From assembly GCF_009914755.1 (NCBI RefSeq), contig NC_060928.1: a stretch of DNA of 64,000 nucleotides; one strand, 5' to 3'. The DNA comes from the human T2T-CHM13v2.0 reference genome, Homo sapiens. The stretch's first letter is position 1; every line of letters begins with the position of its first letter. Below, piece after piece: positions 55,264 through 64,000 of the stretch. A model generated the notes under the pieces. That model saw only the letters and a list, made by a program, of their open reading frames with translations, was not told the origin of the DNA and did no database searches. A program made the position numbers and the translations under genes.

Positions 55264-55398
55264 GACCAGGCAATGTGGCTCACACCTTAATCCCAACACT
55301 TTGGGAGGCCAAGGTGAGAGGATTGCTTGAGGCCAGGAGTTCAAGACCAGCCTGAGCAACATAGTGAGACCCTGTCTCTACAAACGAAAACCAAAAAG
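55264..55398 (+). mobile_element. FLAM-type Alu monomer
   Basis: gaggattgcttgaggccaggagttcaagaccagcctgagcaacatagtgagaccctgtctcta plus A-rich tail. Confidence 0.9.
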
Positions 55399-56049
55399 AC
55401 TCCATTTTATCTGCTTCTGTAGAATGCATGCAATCAGAACATACAAAAACCAAAAACCATTTGAAATAATTAAGACTATCAATTTCAAATAAGCAGGCCA
55501 GAACAGGATGACACATTGGATTGGTGAGATCCTATTTGTCCTGGGTGCCAACTCCTGCATTAACGTCCAGAGGTGTTAAAAGCATCTGTCTTCATTAAGC
55601 ATATAGAGTGGACTCTATAATTGGTTTAATATCTATCTGTGCATGCTATGAAGTTTACAAACAGCTATGAACTCTCGTTTGATTTCCTAAATAGTTCTGT
55701 GAAGTAAGCAGAGCAGCTACAGTCATTTTTTAATGGGAAAACAGTCCTGGCAAAGCAAAGCAGTGCTTAGTAAGTATCTAGTTGTGCCAGAAACTGTGCT
55801 TAGTCCTTTGGCTGCAAAAAAGCATAAGACTGGGTATCTGCCTTGAGGAAGCTTTTGGTCTAAAAATGAGATAACAGAAAAATGCAGTAGGTGGAAAAAA
55901 AAAAATGCCTGGTGGCCTGGTGGTAGGGGTACTGAATCCAACCCACAAGAGAGAGTTGTGTTCCTAACAGGCCTTCCAAAGACTGTGACATTTGACTGGC
56001 CAAAGGACAAAACCCAGACCAGGTTTATTATTCAGGTATTCCTCTCTCG

Positions 56050-56710
56050 CTTGTTCACTTATTTGCAAAATAGGGATAACAGTAGCACCTACAGCATCAG
56101 TTTCGTGAGGGTTAAATTAATGGAATAAAAATGTTTAAAAGATTATAAATCATGCTGCTATAAAGACACATGCACACGTATGTTTATTGCAGCACTATTC
56201 ACAATAGCAAAGACTTGGAACCAACCCAAATGTCCAACAACGATAGACTGGATTAAGAAAATGTGGCACATATACACCATGGAATACTATGCAGCCATAA
56301 AAAATGAAGAGTTCATGTCCTTTGTACGGACATGGATGAAACTGGAAACCATCATTCTCAGCAAACTATCGCAAGGACAAAAAACCAAACACCACATGTT
56401 CTCACTCATAGGTGGGAAATGAACAATGAGAACACATGGACACAGGAAGGGGAACATCACACTCTGGGGACTGTTGTGGGGTGGGGGGAGTGGGGAGGGA
56501 TAGCATTAGGAGATATACCTGATGCTAAATGATGAGTTAATGGGTGCAGCACACCAGCATGGCACATGTATACATATGTAACTAACCTGCACATTGTGTA
56601 CATGTACCCTAAAACTTAAAGTATAATAATTAAAAAAAAAATGTTTAAAAGAATGCCTGGCATGCAGTAAGTACTACACAGGACTAGCTAGCTCTTGTTA
56701 TTATTATTTT
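56050..56710 (+). mobile_element. MIR split by an L1PA insertion
   Basis: Left part aaaatagggataacagtagcacctac...gtgagggttaaat; right part tgcctggcatgcagtaagt...ttattattatt. Confidence 0.7.
56143..56636 (+). mobile_element. Young 5'-truncated L1PA with 16-bp TSD
   Basis: Near-consensus ORF2 end MFIAALFTIAKTWNQPKCP..., G-rich 3'UTR, A tail; TSD aaaaatgtttaaaaga at 56127-56142 and 56637-56652. Confidence 0.96.
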
Positions 56711-57224
56711 TATTTTATACCTTTTGAATTTGAAACCAACTGAACATAGTATCTATTTAAAACTTAATTACAAAAAAAAAGTCCTGTCCAAAAATAACTA
56801 GCAGGCATAATTTTTAAAAAATAGAATGCAATGTGAATGGTAAATGTTCAATTAAATTAAAAATAAATTGCCCATTAACTACAATCTGATAGCAAGCTTT
56901 ATTCTTATTATGAAAAATAGGCATGAGCCAGGGATAAGCCAAACTATCAACCTTTAAAATGCTATAAACTGGATTGAAAAAAACAGTAGCACAAAAATTC
57001 AGTGGGTAGAGTTATAGTATTATAGAAAGCAGAAGGCTGAAAATAGATTCTGAAGTAAGCAATATTTTAAATTTAATTTGCTGTGATAGAACGTAGGTTG
57101 TCAAGAATCATGAATCCCACTAAAATAACAATGGCTATGCTTAGCTTAGCAGATCTGGCCACTGCAAGGGTGGTACAATGACCATGTAGGCACTGCAGGT
57201 CAGGCCTAGGGAGAATCGAAGCTG

Positions 57225-57370
57225 ACCCATTTACTGGCTGTTTGATCACTGGCAAGTTATTTAGTTTATGTAGACCTCAGTTTCCTTATTTATGAAAATA
57301 GTCAGGTCTACCTTACATGGTATTATTATAAAGAGTAAATAAAGCAACATAAATTAAGGGTCTGATACAT
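57225..57370 (+). mobile_element. MIR SINE
   Basis: ggcaagttattta...cctcagtttccttatttatgaaa. Confidence 0.7.
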
Positions 57371-59509
57371 CCACTTAATTCTTTCATTTGAGGGTTCTAA
57401 AAGCAGAATTTATCTTCAATATAAATATTTCCATTTTTTAATAATTACAGAAAGTATTCATACCATTGATTCCATATTAAACATTCGGATAAAATTAATG
57501 GTAAATATTTACCAAGATACTGAAACGGGTTATTCTTATGAATTTGCAGCAACAGGACCTGGCGAAAACTACATTTTAAAACTACACAGTGAAAGAGGAA
57601 AATACAAAACTGACTCCTAAAAAGAAAAATAGGGAAGGGTTTGTTAACCCCAAATCTGCTGAAATCTCAAACCTATTTTTGGAATTACTGGATGCCAGGT
57701 TTCCATGCCAGGAATTTAAGAACTCGGTGCTTAAACATTTGTTGAAAACAGATGTGGCATTGTATGACATTGGCACCAGCTTTCCTGGGAAACACCAGAT
57801 GCAGAGTTGGGCCAGATACAAAACCCAGAGAATTTGAGGCCACCACCTCCATCCTGCTGCTCCTTTCTGTGCCACACAACCCATCGCCCTATGAGGTCTA
57901 TTTAAATTCTATTAGAGTTTCACTCCCATGCCAGAACACCAGGGAACATTATGTTGGGGGGGAATGAGGGAGGATGAGTCTCTTGTTATACCCTGATTTG
58001 AGAATGTTTAATCAAGTGAGTTTATGTAGTTTAAACCTCAATGCCACAATTATCATCAAATGGATACCCAAACCCACCAAGCAAGACATCTGGTTGTAAT
58101 GAATTCATTAATATTAACATGATATTAAAAAAAAGTATCAAGAGAAGAAGGGAGACGGGCTGTCAGGACAACAGAACAAATGGAAACCAACGCCAATTGT
58201 CTTAACTCTTCCTCTTGTACGCTTGCAGAAATTCCTTTCAACTAGCAATACCACTTATTTAAGAATTCATATATTTAAATATATGTCCATATTTGATTAC
58301 CTTATTTAAACTTTTAAAAAATTCTGACTTACACACTATACCCCTATCATTTAAAGATAAATAATTTACAAAATAATTTTTGTTCCAGAATACGGAAGCT
58401 CTATCAGCTTTGAACAGATTAAAAAACAGTTTAGGACATAGACAAAATTTCTGCAAAACAAAAAGGAACCGACAAATGAAAAGCAAACAAAATAGTTCAG
58501 AAAAAAATTGTAGAAAATATGAAGATTCATGTCTTTCTTAAAGAACATAAAGTAATTAGCAAGAAATACATAAGATCCCAATAAATAAATGGACAAAGAA
58601 GATGAAGAGACAATTTGAGAAAAAAAAATTTTAAAGCGAATTGGAGGAAAAAAAACTCTTCTGTGAAAATAAAAACAGCTATAAATGATCATTAATTCAA
58701 CAAGTTCACCCTACCTATGTTTACTGAGTGCTAGCTTATTGCCTGAGGATACAGCAGTGAATAAAGTAAATATTCACACTGTCAATTTGGGAATATAAAA
58801 ATGATAAATCTAACACTTTTAAGGTTATAATGTAACTGGATTCCTATCACATAGCTGTAACATTTTAAATGTAAACTACTCTTGAGGAACAGCTCATAGG
58901 AATTCTTGCCAATAATAATCATCATCATCATCAGAAAGGAAGACAAGGCTACATATAGAAGGTTACCAGAAACCTAATTTATTTATTTGACATTATGTGT
59001 TACCCCTTCAGGAAGGCCCCAGAAAGCAGAGATCTTGTGGGTTACCACTGTACCTCTAGTTTCTAGAGCAGTGCCCAGAAATGAGAAGATGCCCCCTGCA
59101 TGTGTCATGTGGATGAATGAATCCAGAAACATGGTCACTACAGTGTAACCTATACAAACCCAATTACACAGCTCATTTTAAACAATGCTGAAATAATATG
59201 GAAAAACTGTCATATTATAACACATTGCAGGCATCCAAAACATAAGCAGAGATAAGGAATGGGAGAAAATGTGCAAAAATTAAAGCAGAATGCAGTTGTG
59301 AAATGGTGCTAAATATTTAAGGGATGACATTTAATTTATGTGATATTAGCACCCCACTGTTTTGCAGCATGGTAATTAGGTAAAGAATCTGAGTGTCAGT
59401 TTTTACTATGCCATTTTCTACTCTAACAAATGTTTTTACAAATATTTTCATAGTTATTTTCCACTTCTTCTTAAAGCCTAAAGATAGGCTTTAAGAAGAA
59501 AACTGAGAG

Positions 59510-59667
59510 CAGTGTTTTACAATGTGTGTTTTTGGCTCATCCATCACAGAATCACCTGGGGTGCTTTTTTGTGAATTCAGATTCTACAACCCCTTTCCAG
59601 AAATTCTGAATTAACAAATCTGAAATGAGCTCAGAAATGTGGAATTTTAACAAGCAACCTAAGTAAT
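59510..59667. mobile_element. MER5-type (hAT-Charlie) element
   Basis: agaatcacctggggtgctt...cagattct...attttaacaagc. Confidence 0.7.
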
Positions 59668-61074
59668 GGCCTTAGAGATAGTAATCCATCTCCCTTCTTC
59701 ACATGATGCCATTTAAACCTGAAGAGACTAACTTAATTACCAGAGCCAATTAGTAGCAGAACAAGAATAAAAACCCACAACTGCAACCTCCCAGTCCAAT
59801 CTTCTTTGCAATAAATGAGATTCCTCTTTAAAAAACTCTTCAACATTTGCTGTAATAGCTACACTTCCACCTCTAGCCATTGTCTGTTTACTCTCTCTGG
59901 AGTAACTGCCAAAGTAAATTACTAAAACTATGTATAAATTAGAGGCAAGAAAAATAAAAATAGTTCCTATGTTAGGGTAGTGTAGGTCAATTTCATTATT
60001 TTTTATTCTATTCATGCTATTAAGTTATGTGGGCAATAAATCCCATTTTAAAATAAAAGTAAGCCTTGTTGCATGTCACTAAATCCAACACAAATTAAGA
60101 TACAGAGGTTCAAATCTCACATCACTTACATTTTTATGATGAATAGATTTTTTTCATCACCTTGAAAGGATACACAAGATTACTGTGTGTGTTTGTATAA
60201 AATTTTCGAAGTTGCATCAAATCATCTTACTATTGTTTAGTGCTTTTCCTAAAACACAGGTTGATGCCCACACTGGCAGAAAGCCCTCTGCACTGAGGAG
60301 GAAGACCCTTTACTCAGCATGTCACCAGGTTTTTCACATGTGCTCTATCACGGGAGAAAACCAATGGGCAACTTTCCTCTGGGGAAAAAGGCACATACCA
60401 GGATGCGAAAATACATGAAAACGGAATGGTATGCCAGGGCCTGAACGTGGACGGCCTTCCTTATCGGCTCATTCTTGAGCCAACTCATCCTTTAAGACTG
60501 ACTAAAGACCAAGTCCCTTAAGACCTGAATCTATATGATATAATGCAATTTAAAAAAAACACACACATATACACAAACAATAGTATACATTTTAAAGGTG
60601 TGTGTGTGTATATATATGTATATATGTACGTTAACGCATAGAAAAGAACTTGTATACAAGCATAAAAATGTTTACTTATCAAAAGATGGAGAGGGGTTCA
60701 GCCTTAATGCTTTAATTTTTAAGGAGAATATACTCATTTCTCATGTATATGGAAATGCTTCTAATTCACTGACTTCATCAGATGCCCTTTTTTTGCACCT
60801 CTCTGTAACTCCTGTACAACCTATTATTGCACTGACCTCACCATCCATCATATATTCTGGTCTTGTTTGACTTTTCCTCTTGGAAGACAAGACTTGTGTC
60901 CTTCTCAGTAAATCCATCATTTTTAGTGTGCCTGACATGGTATACAATGTTTATTGAAAGCATACCCTGAAACTCCTGGGCAACTAAATTATTCAATGAA
61001 AGAATCCTTAGGCTATTTCTAAAAGTTCACAAGTCAGAAAATTTCTCTTCAACCTAGACTTTAAAAAGGAAGTT

Positions 61075-61275
61075 TGTAGAGTGGTTAAGAAGCTAGAATT
61101 AGAGTTATACTGTTCCGGTTTTAAACTCAACTCTGCATTATAAACTGTAATTCCTAGACCTATTACTTAATCCTCATTTTCCTCATCTACAAAACATGAC
61201 AAAAATGTCTTCCTCCTATATTTGTGGTGAAGATTAAAAGGAAATGTCTACTGTACCTGGTACTCAGCAAACAGT
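61075..61275 (+). mobile_element. MIR SINE
   Basis: gtggttaaga...ttacttaatcctcattttcctcatctacaaaa...gaagattaaa. Confidence 0.7.
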
Positions 61276-62782
61276 ATTCATTATGCTTTTCACACTCAAT
61301 TCCTAATACTAAGGCAATAATTTCATGTACATTTTCACTAATCAGAAAGTGTTAATAAAACTTTTAAAATATTTATCTTATTCCTAGAGAATAACAGAAA
61401 CTCAGACAGTTTAATGTGAGCAATGAAACTAATCATTTGAACTCTATGCAAGTCTATCAGGTCTTGCTATCAGGTCTATGCAAGTATAAACTGAATACCT
61501 TAGTTAATTTGGCAGAGTAACTTCCATACAGATACATGCAAATTATGTATTTTTAACCTCCATTCCAATAAGAAAAGTTGTAATCATCTTATTTTGTAGA
61601 CTGAAATGTTCATATTCAATTTGTATACATTATTAAACTATGCTTGAGGAATATGCTAACTACCCACATTATTAATAAGCCAAGAGTGCTTGATGATGCC
61701 TTCAACTGTTAATTGGCTAAGACATCTTCTCCTCCAAAATATTTAATGTGTAAGTTCACACTAAAGTTCAGAGGATGCCTATAGTTAATTGTTCTGAAAC
61801 TACTATTTGTTTTGATATTCCTATTTTTCTTATAAAAAATAGTCAGCATTTATATTCCACCTTACTATAACCCATAATGATGTATCATAAAATGAGTTCA
61901 TCTTAGATCAGCTATCCAAAGTGCACAGTTCAATTCCACAATTACTAAGCATCTAATATATTCTAGGCTGAAGGATTTTAAAAGGAGTTCTTCCAAAAAA
62001 AAAGGGGTAAAGAATTATATATTATACATATTAAAAACATATACATATTAAAAACAAGGAATTTTAGAAAAAAGAAAGTCTACAGAATCAAACAAAGCTA
62101 ACAGGATTTGTTAAAATTTTAGTTTACCATCAGACTCATCAAAACATTTAAATACTCTATTGAGTCCTTTGACATTAATCAAATTTAGTAAACCAATAAT
62201 TTTAATCGATTTTATTTATGTAGATGTGCGTGTATAGCTAGATGTATGTATGTATGTGCACTTGAATTTGTACTTATATAGACGTGTGTGTGTATACATA
62301 TATACCTTACATACATCTGTTCAAAATAAAACAGACCAATAATATTCTGTAAACTCAAGCAAATATGTTACCTGTGCTTACCCTATAATTTTCTATCACA
62401 AAAAATAAAAGCAGCACAGGGTGCAGAACTGGTCCTATTTCATCAACAGCTGTAAGGGTTCATTGGTCCTTAATTGTTCTCTCATGTAGTCGTACAATGT
62501 CATTTCAACTAAATAAGACTTTTCAAAAATTATTTTCAATAATTTTACTTCCTCAATACCACAAAAGGTGATGTCCAGTTTCAAGTTTGATGGAGGTACT
62601 TTCTTGCTGGTGGAGACACCAAGAAAATTCAACAAAATCACTATTTCTTTGGTATATTTAGTGGAGTACACAATGCCAAAACAAGACTCTATAAGTAAAA
62701 TCACTAATAATCCTTCCAAACAAAACATAGTTGTTACTATAATAAAATAGCAGCAATTTGCAATGACTATAACAGAGCTCAC

Positions 62783-62961
62783 CTGTTCGTTTTTGCAAAG
62801 CCACACACTGTTTCCACTTAACACAGTAAAAATTTTTGCCTTATAGCCTCTCAATTCAAGATATCCACATTTCTCAGGTGTAACAACAGCTTGAGACTGC
62901 GAGGTAAGGGATTGTGATTTCAGTGCATTTAATAGTATGCTGATCCAGTCATTTCTCTCCT
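62783..62961 (-). CDS. ARAP2: Exon w1 (179 nt): end of PH1, start of PH2
   Basis: ttttcag|AG GAG AGA ... GAA CAG|gtgag; (E)ERNDWISILLNALK...KCGYLELRGYKAKIFTVLSGNSVWLCKNEQ; phases 1/0. Confidence 0.95.
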
Positions 62962-63149
62962 CTGAAAATGAAGACAGGAGAAAATACATAAATCCACATA
63001 TAAGTTACATAGACACAGAAACGTCAAGAAGAAATCCATGCCCTTTGCAACACATAAGTGACAGATTCTTTCCCACAACCACAATCTAAATGCTACTGTA
63101 AACAGAGCCAATGACTCAATTCTTTGAGGGAAAAGGAGTAACAATATCC

Positions 63150-63299
63150 AGTTGTCTTGAAATCAGTTCCACTGGCTTTACCTGAGAGTTTATTAGAAAT
63201 GCAAAATCTCAGGCCCTACTCCAGATCTGATGAATCACAGGCTGTATTTTAAAAAGAACTGCAGATGCTCTGTATCCCTGTTAATATCTGAGAAGCCCT
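63150..63299. mobile_element. MER5A-like element
   Basis: ttagaaatgcaaaatctcaggccctactccaga...gaatca...tgagaagccct. Confidence 0.75.
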
Positions 63300-64000
63300 C
63301 TTTTAGATCACTCATGAGATTAGATTTTCTTTTAATAGAAGAATGTGATATTGCTACTCAACAATTAACAGATTGTATGTGGCAAGTCAGTTACTCAAAG
63401 ACCCCGAAAATCCTACTTCCAATCACTTGGAACCTGCTCTAGAGTATGCCTGCTTCAGTGTCACTTACCCATTCCACTCTCACCACAGTAAATAACAATA
63501 GCATTTCACCTGGCAAATTAAAATTTGGTTCTCCTACTCCTTCCACAAAAGCTAAGTGACCTTCAATTATGAACAATGCACTGTGTTACAGGCATAGGAA
63601 TTCGATCTAGTCCCCAAGGAGCAATTAAAGCTATAAGTCAAGCAAGATTTGAACACATAATGGAACACAGTAGTATAAACGTCATATAAATGGTATGAAA
63701 TAATATATGAGTCAATTGAGATAAGTGATTTGCTGAAGGTCATATAGCAAGTTAGTATTAAAGTGAGGAAAATCAAATGTTTTAACTCTCGAACAACTTT
63801 TCTTGAAACTATGGGGGTAAAAAAGAGGTATATGTGGTAGATCTTGAGGATGAAGAGCAATTCAAAAGACTAAACTGGAATTTGGAAGAGGGAAGAGAAT
63901 AGGATTTTGAGCAGAGGTTACCAGAAGAACAAAGGCAGAAAAACCAACATCCATTCAGGGATTAATTTATCAATGAATACATTTATAACTCTGAACTCAC

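Noticed and set aside
56180-56532. ORFs resembling L1 ORF2 (also 7350-7538 and 30480-30782)
   Set aside because: Remnants of 5'-truncated L1 copies lacking promoter, endonuclease and RT.
57582-57967. Four overlapping ORFs on both strands
   Set aside because: No recognisable domain or splice pattern; locally higher GC, probably an old repeat; w1 and w2 join in phase without it.
62024-62056. Short tandem duplications (17-bp unit here; similar near 7840, 8357, 54105)
   Set aside because: Ordinary slippage events in AT-rich intron.

Overview
AT-rich primate (most likely human) genomic DNA from the middle of ARAP2 (ArfGAP with RhoGAP domain, ankyrin repeat and PH domain 2), transcribed on the minus strand. 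I traced 17 consecutive coding exons (62961 down to 2039; 2360 nt), all with GT-AG boundaries and matching phases. They join into one stop-free frame covering the end of PH1, PH2, the ArfGAP domain, ankyrin repeat, PH3, PH4, the RhoGAP-like domain and the start of the RA domain. Start and stop codons lie outside the window. Introns carry Alu, L1, L2, MIR, Tigger2/MER5 elements and microsatellites; repeat families were recognised by eye, so old-repeat boundaries and subfamilies are approximate. I see no new gene or multi-gene system. The best leads are: two 75-90 bp segments copied from nearby DNA into dinucleotide-repeat tracts; a candidate cryptic Alu exon behind a 265-nt AG-free pyrimidine tract; a (UG)21 tract beside the RhoGAP exon donor; and Gln in place of the RhoGAP arginine finger (already known).
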